DNA of 64,000 bases. Origin: Pseudolabrys sp. Lineage in GTDB: Bacteria; Pseudomonadota; Alphaproteobacteria; Rhizobiales; Xanthobacteraceae. The DNA lies in the NCBI GenBank assembly GCA_035760805.1, contig DASTSG010000047.1:1924-65923 (forward strand), given 5' to 3'. Below are positions 51,548-60,535 of the stretch, in pieces. The position numbers and the translations under genes were made by a program. The notes under the pieces are model-generated. The model was not told the DNA's origin. It saw only the letters and a program-made list of their open reading frames with translations, and searched no databases. The first letter of the stretch is position 1. Each line of letters starts with the position of its first letter.

Positions 51548-52407
51548 TCCGCTTTGCGCGGAATTTAAGGCTCATTCCGCTCGTCCTGCTGGCGACGAGC
51601 TGTCTGCTTCTGCTCAAAGTTTCCGGCTTAATTCTGGACGGCGGCTACACGCTCGGCGAGCGGCTTGCACAGCGCGGCCAGCCCATGCTGCACGTCAGCA
51701 CGAACGAAAAAGTGCCGGACTATCCCAAGATCGTTCTGGCCGACGGCAGTCAGCCCAAGCGCTCATGGGCACAAGAAATGTTCAATTTCGGTGGTGACCC
51801 GCACGACATCACCGGTTCGACGGGCGAGAGCGAACCGGCGGCCGCCGCGGACGCCGGTACGCCGTTGAAGACCAGCACCAAACCGCCGGCTCCGCCCAAG
51901 CTCGACGTTGCCGGCAACGAATACGAAATGCAGCCCGGCCAGGTTAACTCGCCGGGCGAACGCGCCATTCTCAAGCGGCTGCGCGACCGCGACAGGTTGC
52001 TCGAAAACCGAACCCGCGAATTGGACATGCGCGAAAATCTCATCAAGGCCGCGGAAAAGCGAGTGGAAGCGCGGGTGGAGCAGCTCAAGGATATCAAGAC
52101 TCACGTCGATACCGTGGATGAGAATCGCGCCAAAGCCGAGCAGGAGCGTTTTAAAAGCATCGTCACGATGTACGAGAACATGAAGCCGAAGGATGCGGCG
52201 CGCATCTTCGATCGGCTCGATTTGGGAATTCTCGTCCAGGTGGTCACGTTGATCAATCCGCGCAAGATGTCCGAGATTCTTGCGCAGATGAAACCGGAAA
52301 CGGCGGAGCGGTTGACGGTGGAGCTTGCCAATCGCGCGGGTGAGGTCAAAGGGCCTCAGTCGGCGGATGCACTGCCGAAAATCGAAGGCCAGCCAACCGT
52401 GCAATGA
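51544..52407 (+). CDS. MotE-family / MgtE-N-like flagellar protein
   Basis: ORF track, 287 aa. N-terminal TM anchor, a coiled coil, and an MgtE_N-like C-terminus (MKPKDAARIFDRLDLGILVQVVTLINPRKMSEILAQMKPETAERL). Confidence 0.75.
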   Translation: MIRFARNLRLIPLVLLATSCLLLLKVSGLILDGGYTLGERLAQRGQPMLHVSTNEKVPDYPKIVLADGSQPKRSWAQEMFNFGGDPHDITGSTGESEPAAAADAGTPLKTSTKPPAPPKLDVAGNEYEMQPGQVNSPGERAILKRLRDRDRLLENRTRELDMRENLIKAAEKRVEARVEQLKDIKTHVDTVDENRAKAEQERFKSIVTMYENMKPKDAARIFDRLDLGILVQVVTLINPRKMSEILAQMKPETAERLTVELANRAGEVKGPQSADALPKIEGQPTVQ

Positions 52408-52418
52408 AGCCCGCACGG

Positions 52419-52433
52419 TTAACGCCACGTTAA
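52419..52433 (+). promoter_or_regulatory. candidate full CtrA box TTAA-N7-TTAA
   Basis: TTAACGCCACGTTAA, 33 nt upstream of the ATG of the TPR gene, in the 58-nt gap after the MotE-like gene. Confidence 0.45.
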
Positions 52434-52465
52434 ACGGCAAAACATAGGCTGTTGCGGCCGGCACT

Positions 52466-55400
52466 ATGGCCGGTGGAGTGGTCATGCCGGTCGCAACGAT
52501 CAGCCTGAGCAGCGTGCGTGCGTGCGCCTTGCGGCGCCTGGCCGAATTCTGCCTTGTTTTGACTTTGTCGGCGTTCGCTTTCGCGCCGTCGCGGGCTGCC
52601 GCGTCTGAGCCGATCAAGGGTGAACTCGCCGTCGAAACCGGCGGCGGCTACGCACGTCTCGCTTTCCGCTTTGCGCAGGAAGTCAAAGCGCAGGTGACGG
52701 TCGCCGGCGCGATCATGATCATCAAATTCGACAAGCCGGTCGCCGTCGCGATCGGGAAGGTCGCGACCCTTGCGGCCGACTACATCGGCGCCGCGCGGCG
52801 CGATCCCGATGGCACCGCTATTCGGCTCGCACTCACGCAACAAATCAAGTTCAACGTGATCCCGGCGGCAGAGCATCTCTACGTCGATCTCTTGCCTATG
52901 ACCTGGACGGGAATCCTGCCCGGCCTGCCACAGGACGTGATCGATGAATTAGCCGAGCGTGCACGTACGGCGGAGCGCGAGCTTCGCCGCGCGCGTGGTG
53001 AAAAGCCGAAGCCCGAAGTGCCCACCATTCGCGTCAGCGTCGGGACGCAGCCGACGTTCAGGCGTTATGAATTCAAGCTGCCGGACGGGACGACCGCGAC
53101 TGCAAAGCAGGGCGACGGAAAATTGACGCTGTTGTTTGATCGGCCGATCAATTGGGATTTGGCAGACGCCAAGGCCGCCCTGCCGGCGATGCTGAAATCA
53201 ATTGAAGCCAGCCGCGACGACACATCGGCGAAAGTCACGTTCGTGTTCAAAGGCAAGCCGGAGTTGCGGACGTTTAAGGACGGCGGAAGCTTTATGGTAG
53301 ATGTCGCGAGCGGCGCCCAGCCGATCGTTCCGGCGGCAAAGCTCAAGGAAACGCATGCCGGAATTGCACCCGAGGACCTGGCCGCAGTCGCGCCGCCACG
53401 AACGATGCCTGCGAAAGGTCCGGTCGCTCCTATGGCAAAAATGGCCGCGCCGCCAACGTCCGAAAAGCCGGTCGGCGTCCAGTCCGAAAAGCATCCGGCT
53501 GGCGCTGTTGACGCGAAATCCAACCAACCGGCTGCGGCTGCAGCGCCACCGAAACAGACAGCGGACAATCCCGCTGCGAAGACCGTGCGCGCCGATGCAA
53601 AGTCAAAGCAGGCGCATCGCTCATTGCCGGTCGATCCAACGGCGCCGGTTGTCGCCGCCGTGGTAGATACAGGCGACACACTGAACGTCGATTTTCCATT
53701 TGCCGTGCCGACGCCGGCCGCGGTCTTCCGTCGTGCCGACACGCTATGGCTCGTGTTCGACAGCGCTGCCAAGATCGACCTCTCGGCGCTCAAGGTCGAC
53801 ACGGCGCGTATCGTACGCTCCGTTTCGATCGATCACGGCAAGGACGGCGAGGCGATCGTACGTATCAAGCTGGTCCGTCCGCAGCGCTCGTCGGTCGTCG
53901 CCGACGGGACCGCCTGGAATTTGACCATCGGGGATTCCGTCATCCAGCACACACGGCCGCTCGGTATCGTCCGCAATATTGTCGGCCGCGATCGGTCCAG
54001 CATTACCATTCCGATCGACGAGCCGAAAAATATCCATCGCCTGGTTGATCCGGAAATGGGTGATGCCTTGATGGTGATCACCGCCCTCGGCCCGGCACGA
54101 GGGTTCCTCAAGGAGCAAAATTTTGTCGAGCTGCATGCATTCGAGTCGACGCACGGCATTGTCATTCGGCCGATTGCTGATGACATTTCCGCCGAACTCG
54201 CGGTCGACAAGGTCGTCATCAGCCGTCCTGACGGCTTGACCTTGTCCGCCCCCCAACTTGACGGCCGCGCGCCGGGAATGTTTCACGCACTCAACTTCGA
54301 CACGCAGTTGTGGAACTACAACAGAAAGATCAAGTTCAGCGCTCGCCAATCCGAGTTGATCCGGATTGCGGCGTCGGCGCCCGAGCGACGGCGCAATCAG
54401 GCACGGTACAACCTTTCTCGGTTTTATCTTGCCAAAGGCATGTCCGCGGAAGCGGGCGCCGTCGCGACCGTAGCGCTGGAAGACAAGAAAGGTGGCGGCG
54501 ACGGGGTATCGGGCCTCATTCTTAGGGCTGTCTCCGATGTTCTGATGCACCGGCCGGAAGCTGCGCTGAAGGTACTTTCCGATCCGCAAATCGGAGACCA
54601 GCAGGATGCGCCGATATGGCGCGCCATGGCGAACGCCGAATTGCACCGCTGGGATGACGCGCGCGATGGCTTCAAGAACGTGGAAGGTTCGATCGCTGCG
54701 CTGCCGATCGAGCTGCAGCGACTTGCTTTAATGACAGCGGCGCGCGTGGCGATCGAAACCAGCGATTTTGGGCGTGCTGCGAAGCTCATGGATGAAATCG
54801 TCTCTCTCGGGGTGCCGCCGGAGATCCAACCGTCGGTTTCAGTTCTGACCGGGCGTCTCGACCAGGGACTCGGCCGGAACGAAGAGGCACTCGCCGCTTT
54901 TCACAGTGCCGTCGAGTCAAAGGATCGGCGCGCGGCCGCGCAAGGGCGGTTGCACGAAATCGAGTTGAAGTTTTCCTCGGGCGAGATGCCGCGCAACGAC
55001 GCCATTCACGCCCTTGAGACGCTTACCACCATTTGGCGCGGCGACGAGACGGAAGTGGAAGGACTTCGGCTTCTTGCGCATCTTTACACGGAGGAAAAGC
55101 GCTACCGCGACGCTTTCCACGTGATGCGCTCCGCGATGATGTTTCATCCGAAATCCGAGGTGACGCGCAAAATACAGGACGAAGCGGCGGCGACTTTCGA
55201 CCATCTGTTTCTCGATGGCGTTGCAGATGCCATGCCGCCGGTCGAAGCGCTTGGACTGTTTTACGATTACCGCGAGCTGACACCGATCGGACGGCGCGGC
55301 GACGAAATGATTCGCAAGCTCGCCGATCGCCTCGTCGCCGTCGATCTTCTCGATCAGGCGGCCGAGCTGCTTCAGCACCAGGTTGACCACCGGCTACAAG

Positions 55401-56224
55401 GCGCCGCGCGTGCGCAAGTCGCGACCCGCCTTGCGGTCATCTATCTGATGAACCGCAAGGCAGATTATGCACTCAAGGTTTTGCAATCGACGCGTTCGGC
55501 CGGCCTGTCCAATGAGTTGCGTGACGAGCGCCTGCTGCTTGAAGCTCGCGCGCTTTCCGAACTTGGACGCCACGCGCTTGCGCTTGAAGTCATCGCAAAT
55601 CTCAAGAGCCATGAAGCCGTCCGTTTGCGCTCGGACATCCTTTGGGCAGCGCAGCGATGGCAGGAAGCGGCCGAGCAGATCGAATTGCTTTACGGAAATC
55701 GCTGGAAGGATTTCACGCCGCTCAAGCAAGCCGAGCGTCAGGACATTTTGCGGGCGGGGATAGGCTACGCGCTGGGTAACGATGCAATCGGATTGCAGCG
55801 CTTCCGCGAGAAGTATGGGGCCAAAATGGCGGATGGGCCGGATGGCCGCGCCTTCGATGTTGTAACGGCGCCGATCGGTACGAACGGAGCCGAATTCCGC
55901 GATGTGGCGCGGCGCATCGCAAGCCTCGATACGCTCGACGCCTTTTTGCGCGACATGCACAAACGTTATGCCGACGCAAGCCCGGTTCCTCCGGCCGAAG
56001 CGAAATCGAAAAACGCAGAGCCAAAATCGTCTGCGCCCCCTGCGACGCAACCAGCAAAGCCAAATCCGGGTGGCGCCGCCTCAGCGCCCGCGCCCAATCC
56101 TGCGTCCCAGTTGTTACCGTCGAAAATTCCGCAGGGCGTGCCGCTCAAACCGGACCCGGCGCCGACAGGATCGATCTCTCGGCTGCATTTGCCCCGCCTT
56201 CACATCGAAGGCCGCGGATTTTAA
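52466..56224 (+). CDS. large periplasmic TPR-repeat protein embedded in the flagellar cluster
   Basis: ORF track, 1252 aa. Signal peptide (…LSAFAFAPSRAAA), four beta-rich ~90-aa modules split by a Pro/Ala/Lys linker, ~550 aa of TPR-like helical repeats, and a Pro-rich tail. Confidence 0.85.
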   Translation: MAGGVVMPVATISLSSVRACALRRLAEFCLVLTLSAFAFAPSRAAASEPIKGELAVETGGGYARLAFRFAQEVKAQVTVAGAIMIIKFDKPVAVAIGKVATLAADYIGAARRDPDGTAIRLALTQQIKFNVIPAAEHLYVDLLPMTWTGILPGLPQDVIDELAERARTAERELRRARGEKPKPEVPTIRVSVGTQPTFRRYEFKLPDGTTATAKQGDGKLTLLFDRPINWDLADAKAALPAMLKSIEASRDDTSAKVTFVFKGKPELRTFKDGGSFMVDVASGAQPIVPAAKLKETHAGIAPEDLAAVAPPRTMPAKGPVAPMAKMAAPPTSEKPVGVQSEKHPAGAVDAKSNQPAAAAAPPKQTADNPAAKTVRADAKSKQAHRSLPVDPTAPVVAAVVDTGDTLNVDFPFAVPTPAAVFRRADTLWLVFDSAAKIDLSALKVDTARIVRSVSIDHGKDGEAIVRIKLVRPQRSSVVADGTAWNLTIGDSVIQHTRPLGIVRNIVGRDRSSITIPIDEPKNIHRLVDPEMGDALMVITALGPARGFLKEQNFVELHAFESTHGIVIRPIADDISAELAVDKVVISRPDGLTLSAPQLDGRAPGMFHALNFDTQLWNYNRKIKFSARQSELIRIAASAPERRRNQARYNLSRFYLAKGMSAEAGAVATVALEDKKGGGDGVSGLILRAVSDVLMHRPEAALKVLSDPQIGDQQDAPIWRAMANAELHRWDDARDGFKNVEGSIAALPIELQRLALMTAARVAIETSDFGRAAKLMDEIVSLGVPPEIQPSVSVLTGRLDQGLGRNEEALAAFHSAVESKDRRAAAQGRLHEIELKFSSGEMPRNDAIHALETLTTIWRGDETEVEGLRLLAHLYTEEKRYRDAFHVMRSAMMFHPKSEVTRKIQDEAAATFDHLFLDGVADAMPPVEALGLFYDYRELTPIGRRGDEMIRKLADRLVAVDLLDQAAELLQHQVDHRLQGAARAQVATRLAVIYLMNRKADYALKVLQSTRSAGLSNELRDERLLLEARALSELGRHALALEVIANLKSHEAVRLRSDILWAAQRWQEAAEQIELLYGNRWKDFTPLKQAERQDILRAGIGYALGNDAIGLQRFREKYGAKMADGPDGRAFDVVTAPIGTNGAEFRDVARRIASLDTLDAFLRDMHKRYADASPVPPAEAKSKNAEPKSSAPPATQPAKPNPGGAASAPAPNPASQLLPSKIPQGVPLKPDPAPTGSISRLHLPRLHIEGRGF

Positions 56225-56329
56225 GAGCGCTCGCGCGACCGGAGCGAAGCGAGGGCGACATCCTGTCGTAGAGTTTAGCAGCAGCCGGGCCCCCGAGGAG
56301 CGTACCGGATAAGAGATGCGTCTGTCGGC

Positions 56330-57088
56330 CTACGTTCCGTAGCTCTGGATCAACGATCCGGCGACCAGGCTCCAGCCATCGACCAGCACGAAAAAGATGA
56401 GTTTGAACGGCAACGATACGACGACCGGCGGCAGCATCATCATGCCCATCGACATCAGGACGGAGGCGACCACCAAGTCGATGATGAGAAAAGGCAGAAA
56501 TAGCAGAAAGCCGATTTCGAAGGCGCGCTTGAGTTCGGAAATCATGAAAGCCGGCACGAGCACGCGCAGCGACAAGTCCTCCGGCTTCGCAGGCGCGGCC
56601 TCCTTGGACATGTCGATGAACAGCTTCAAGTCTTTCTCACGAACGTTCTTTTCCATGAACGCGCGCAACGGCTGGGATCCGCGCTCGAACGCTTGCTCCG
56701 TCGTGATCTGATTCGCCAGTAGCGGCTTGATGCCGGTTTCGTAGCCCTTTTGAAGCGCGGGACCCATCACGAACGCGGTCAAAAAGAGGGCGAGCGACAC
56801 GATGACGGCATTTGGCGGCGCGGTCGCGGTGCCGAGCGCGGTGCGTAGCAGCGACAGCACGACCACGATGCGCGTGAACGAGGTCATCATCACGAGAATT
56901 GACGGCGCCAGCGAAAGCACCGTCAGCAGCGCGATCATCTGGATCACGCGCTCGGTGAGCCCGGTGCCTTGCCCGAGATTGACGCTGATGTTCTGCGCGG
57001 CAGCGGGCGCTGCCGTTGCCACCATTGCCACCGCTACTCCAGCCGCCACCGTCGCCAGACGGACGCGGCGGCCGGAAGCTCGTGTCAC
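56330..57088 (-). CDS. fliP: flagellar type III export protein FliP
   Basis: ORF track, 252 aa, GTG start overlapping the fliO stop (GTGA). Conserved LTVLSLAPSILVMMTSFTRIVVVLSLLRTALG. Confidence 0.95.
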   Translation of the reverse strand: MTRASGRRVRLATVAAGVAVAMVATAAPAAAQNISVNLGQGTGLTERVIQMIALLTVLSLAPSILVMMTSFTRIVVVLSLLRTALGTATAPPNAVIVSLALFLTAFVMGPALQKGYETGIKPLLANQITTEQAFERGSQPLRAFMEKNVREKDLKLFIDMSKEAAPAKPEDLSLRVLVPAFMISELKRAFEIGFLLFLPFLIIDLVVASVLMSMGMMMLPPVVVSLPFKLIFFVLVDGWSLVAGSLIQSYGT

Positions 57089-57993
57089 GATTTTCCTAAT
57101 GGACGGCCCAGCAAGCTGGCCATCTCCTGTTCAAGGTTATCGAAGGAAGACTTTGCGGAAGACGGTTCGGTTTTTGGCTCGGCCTTCGGCTCAATCTTCG
57201 GTTCCGGTTTGACATCCATTTTCGGCTCGACGCGCGCTTTGAACTCGCGTACGGGCGGCCGTGCCGGCTCCGCCGGCTTCACCGGTGGAGCCGCGGGAGG
57301 AACGGCAAGCGGATCGGTAACGGGAGGACGATTTTCCGGCGGGCGGCGCAGAGCCGCCTCGAGCTGCAGTGCCATTTCGGCCAGGTTGTGATCGGTCTGC
57401 GGTGGCGCGGCTGGTTTCGGAGGCACGACGCGCACCGGCTCAGGACGAACAACGTTCTGCTGGGGGGCAGGGGACTTGGCGGCAGGCTCGACATTGGGCG
57501 CCGCTGCGCTATCGCTCGCAGGGCGTGCGCGCGCGCCCGGCTCGGGCGCCAGCCATGGTTCGTCCGTGACGCTGGGCCGCGTCGGACGTGCCGCCGGTTC
57601 ATTCGCGGCAGGTTGCAGCGGCCATGGCGTTTCAACTGTCGGCGCAACGCGCGGCGGCTCGTTGAGGGTGCGTGCGGCCTCGCGCGGGATATCGCGTGCG
57701 GCCGCCGCGCGTACGATGTTCGATTCGATTACTAGATCGGACGGTCCGATCATCAGCAGGTGTTCGACATTGTCGCGCCGGATGAGAACGAGCCGGCGCC
57801 GGCCGTCGATTGTCGCGGCGTCGATAACCGCGAGCCGGGGCTGGCGTCCGCGCGCCGAGTTGCCGCCGAGTCTGCTTGTGCCAAACCGACGCATCAACCA
57901 TGCGGTCAATCCGATCAGAGCGAGCACGATCAGGAATGCGATGAAAAATCGCGCCGCCAGCGGAAAGTCAGTTCCGAACACGGAAGAGAACAT
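57085..57993 (-). CDS. fliO: FliO-like flagellar export protein with ~200-aa proline-rich C-terminal extension
   Basis: Inside ORF 57085..58062. ATG 57993 (MFSSVFGTDFPLAARFFIAFLIVLALIGLTAWLM). FliO-like core RLAVIDAATIDGRRRLVLIRRDNVEHLLMIG, then a P/A/E/K-rich tail. Confidence 0.7.
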   Translation of the reverse strand: MFSSVFGTDFPLAARFFIAFLIVLALIGLTAWLMRRFGTSRLGGNSARGRQPRLAVIDAATIDGRRRLVLIRRDNVEHLLMIGPSDLVIESNIVRAAAARDIPREAARTLNEPPRVAPTVETPWPLQPAANEPAARPTRPSVTDEPWLAPEPGARARPASDSAAAPNVEPAAKSPAPQQNVVRPEPVRVVPPKPAAPPQTDHNLAEMALQLEAALRRPPENRPPVTDPLAVPPAAPPVKPAEPARPPVREFKARVEPKMDVKPEPKIEPKAEPKTEPSSAKSSFDNLEQEMASLLGRPLGKS

Positions 57994-58042
57994 CAATGCG
58001 CTCCATACTGCGCGCCCCGGCGCACCCGGCTGAATCGGCCGA

Positions 58043-58050
58043 ATGGTTAA
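58043..58050 (-). promoter_or_regulatory. CtrA half-site TTAACCAT upstream of fliO/fliP
   Basis: The plus strand reads ATGGTTAA, 50 nt upstream of ATG 57993 in the gene orientation. Confidence 0.5.
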
Positions 58051-58199
58051 CGCCGCAGGCACTATTTGCCGCCCCGAATACTAACAGATGATTAACGAGG
58101 CTGCCCTATCTCCCGGCCATATTGCCGGTTCCACGCCACTTCTCATGGTAAACGTGTCCTGAACAAGGCCGGGACGCGGCGCCGCCTTTTTACCCGGCA

Positions 58200-58207
58200 T
58201 TAACCAT
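58200..58207 (+). promoter_or_regulatory. CtrA half-site TTAACCAT upstream of flgB
   Basis: Perfect TTAACCAT 50 nt upstream of the flgB ATG 58257, in mirror arrangement to the 58043 site. Confidence 0.5.
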
Positions 58208-58256
58208 ACACCCGGCAAAGTCTGCCCACCGCAATCGGCCGCGGGGAGGGCCGCAG

Positions 58257-58664
58257 ATGGCGATCAGCGACATTCCGATCTTTTCAATGCTGCGCACACG
58301 CATGCAGTGGGGTCAGGAGCGCCAGCGCGTCCTGGCCGAGAACATAGCGAACGCCGACACGCCCAATTTCAGGCCTCACGATCTCGTGCCACCGTCGTTC
58401 AACACGAGTCCGGGGGTAGGGGTTCAGTTTCCAGCAGTTGCCTTGGCAACGACCGAGCCAGGGCACATCGCCGCGTCAGACGAGCCCTCGGCGATATTCC
58501 GCAGCCGGACGGACGACGGATATGAGGTCCGCCCCGCCGGCAACTCCGTCAGCCTTGAGGATGAGATGATGAAGCTCGCCTCGAACCAGATGGATTACCA
58601 GGCCGCCGCTGCCCTCTACACGCGCAGCATCAACATGCTGAAGACGGCACTTGGCAAGGGCTGA
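58257..58664 (+). CDS. flgB: flagellar proximal rod protein FlgB
   Basis: ORF track, 135 aa. RQRVLAENIANADTPNFRPHDL and GGGGAGGG SD. Confidence 0.9.
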   Translation: MAISDIPIFSMLRTRMQWGQERQRVLAENIANADTPNFRPHDLVPPSFNTSPGVGVQFPAVALATTEPGHIAASDEPSAIFRSRTDDGYEVRPAGNSVSLEDEMMKLASNQMDYQAAAALYTRSINMLKTALGKG

Positions 58665-58704
58665 TGTCATCGCAATGAGGCGGCGCAGTTAAGGAGCTCA
58701 CGGC

Positions 58705-59115
58705 ATGGATTTCTTCAAGACGATGGCGATTGCCGCTTCGGGGTTGCGAGCGCAAGCCGGACGCATGCGCATAATCTCGGAGAACGTTGCCAATGCCGAT
58801 TCGACGCCAACCGCGCCGGGCGGGAATCCTTATCGGCGCAAGATCGTGACGTTCCGCTCCGAGTTCGACCGCGCGCTGGATGCCAAAGTCGTCGAGCTTG
58901 GACGCGTGAGCTACGATACGTCAGCGTTTCAAATCAAGCACGAGCCCGGGCATCCGGCTGCCGACGCGAACGGCAACGTCAAATACCCGAACGTCAATCC
59001 GCTGATCGAAATGACGGACATGCGCGATGCGCAGCGTTCGTACGAAGCAAACGTCAACGTGATCAGCGCGACGCGCCGCATGATTCAGCGCACCATCGAC
59101 ATTCTCAAAGCCTGA
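58705..59115 (+). CDS. flgC: flagellar proximal rod protein FlgC
   Basis: ORF track, 136 aa. ASGLRAQAGRMRIISENVANADST and C-terminal RSYEANVNVISATRRM. Confidence 0.95.
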   Translation: MDFFKTMAIAASGLRAQAGRMRIISENVANADSTPTAPGGNPYRRKIVTFRSEFDRALDAKVVELGRVSYDTSAFQIKHEPGHPAADANGNVKYPNVNPLIEMTDMRDAQRSYEANVNVISATRRMIQRTIDILKA

Positions 59116-59127
59116 ACAGGTTGATCC

Positions 59128-59451
59128 ATGCCAACACCGCTCGTTGCTGCCGGCGCCTACGCAAATGTGGCCCGCCTCACGTCCGATCCCGCACTATCGC
59201 GGGTCGTCAAACCACAACAAACGTCCGAAGCGGACAAGAGCTTCACGGATGTGCTCAAGGACGCGCTCGGTGCCGTCAGCGAAGCCGGTCAAAAGTCCGA
59301 CGCGCAGGCGCGCGCGATGGTTAGCGGCAAAGGAAGCATGGTGAATGCAGTGACGGCGGTCGCGGAGACGGAGGTCGCAATCGACGCCATCGTTGCCGTG
59401 CGCGATCGGGTCATCGCTGCCTACGAAGACATCATGAAAATGCCGATCTGA
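59128..59451 (+). CDS. fliE: flagellar hook-basal body complex protein FliE
   Basis: ORF track, 107 aa. FTDVLKDALGAVSEAGQKSD ... AIVAVRDRVIAAYEDIMKMPI. Confidence 0.9.
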   Translation: MPTPLVAAGAYANVARLTSDPALSRVVKPQQTSEADKSFTDVLKDALGAVSEAGQKSDAQARAMVSGKGSMVNAVTAVAETEVAIDAIVAVRDRVIAAYEDIMKMPI

Positions 59452-59476
59452 CTTTGGAAGCAGGAAAGTTGAGACG

Positions 59477-59740
59477 ATGACCGGAGCAGAAGTTCTCGAC
59501 GTCGCTCGTGATGCGATCCTGACGCTGCTCTACGTGGCAAGCCCGGTCCTGCTTGTAGGGCTTGTTGTCGGCGTGGCGATCTCGCTGTTGCAGGCCGTGA
59601 CGCAAATCCAGGAAATGACGCTGGCGTTCGTTCCCAAAATCATCGCGATTTTCCTGTCGCTTTTGATCGCGCTGCCATTCATGGCGGAAAAACTGCACGC
59701 CGAGATGATGCGTATCGCCGCTCGCATCGTCAGCGGCTGA
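59477..59740 (+). CDS. fliQ: flagellar type III export protein FliQ
   Basis: ORF track, 87 aa. LLQAVTQIQEMTLAFVPKI. Confidence 0.95.
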   Translation: MTGAEVLDVARDAILTLLYVASPVLLVGLVVGVAISLLQAVTQIQEMTLAFVPKIIAIFLSLLIALPFMAEKLHAEMMRIAARIVSG

Positions 59741-59743
59741 CGA

Positions 59744-60520
59744 ATGACGATCGACATTTCCTTTTTGCCGGCGCTCGGAGCAGCGTTCATGCTGGTGTTT
59801 GCGCGCGTCGGCACCATGGTCATGCTGCTGCCCGGGATCGGTGAGCTGAATTTGCCGGCGCGCGTGCGCCTCTTGATCGCCCTGGCGCTGACGGCAGTGT
59901 TGCTGCCGTTGCACCGCGCCGCCTATGCCATCGATTTGCACGCGCTCGGCCCGGTCATCGTCATGGGCGGGGAGGAGATGCTGATCGGCGCCGTGCTGGG
60001 GCTCACTGCGCGGCTTGCGATTTCGTCGCTGCAAGTGGCGGGCTTCGTCGTCGCGCAGCAACTCGGATTTGGTTTTGCCACTGCGGTCGATCCGACGCAG
60101 AACGAGCAGGGCGTGTTGGTCGGCAACTTCCTCACCATGCTCGGCATCACGCTGATCTTTGCCACCAACCTGCACTACCTCATCATCGGTGCACTTGACG
60201 ACAGCTATAACCTGTTCAGGCCGGGCGGCATTCCTTTCACCGGCGATATGGCGCAGATGATCACCAACGTGGTTGCGACCTCATTCCGCATCGGCATTCA
60301 GCTTGCGGCGCCGTTTCTGGTATTCGGGCTCTTGTTCAATGTCGGCCTTGGGGTCCTGTCGCGGCTGATGCCGCAGATGCAGGTGTTTTTCATCGGCCTG
60401 CCGCTGTCGATCATGCTGGGACTTCTGCTGTTGATGCTCGTGGTCGGAGCCATGATGGCGACATTCGTCGGCTATCTTGAAAACGTCCTCGGTCAGCTCG
60501 CACCCCACTCACTGCAGTAA
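59744..60520 (+). CDS. fliR: flagellar type III export protein FliR
   Basis: ORF track, 258 aa. Polytopic membrane protein positioned between fliQ and flhB, with FMLVFARVGTMVMLLPG. Confidence 0.9.
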   Translation: MTIDISFLPALGAAFMLVFARVGTMVMLLPGIGELNLPARVRLLIALALTAVLLPLHRAAYAIDLHALGPVIVMGGEEMLIGAVLGLTARLAISSLQVAGFVVAQQLGFGFATAVDPTQNEQGVLVGNFLTMLGITLIFATNLHYLIIGALDDSYNLFRPGGIPFTGDMAQMITNVVATSFRIGIQLAAPFLVFGLLFNVGLGVLSRLMPQMQVFFIGLPLSIMLGLLLLMLVVGAMMATFVGYLENVLGQLAPHSLQ

Positions 60521-60535
60521 CACGCGGGCGCGCGC

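Noticed and set aside
51763-54646. Minus-strand ORFs of 245-300 aa (51763..52617, 53065..53802, 53744..54646) inside the MotE-like and TPR genes
   Set aside because: They are shadow ORFs of GC-rich coding sequence with no SD, no motifs and strongly biased composition.
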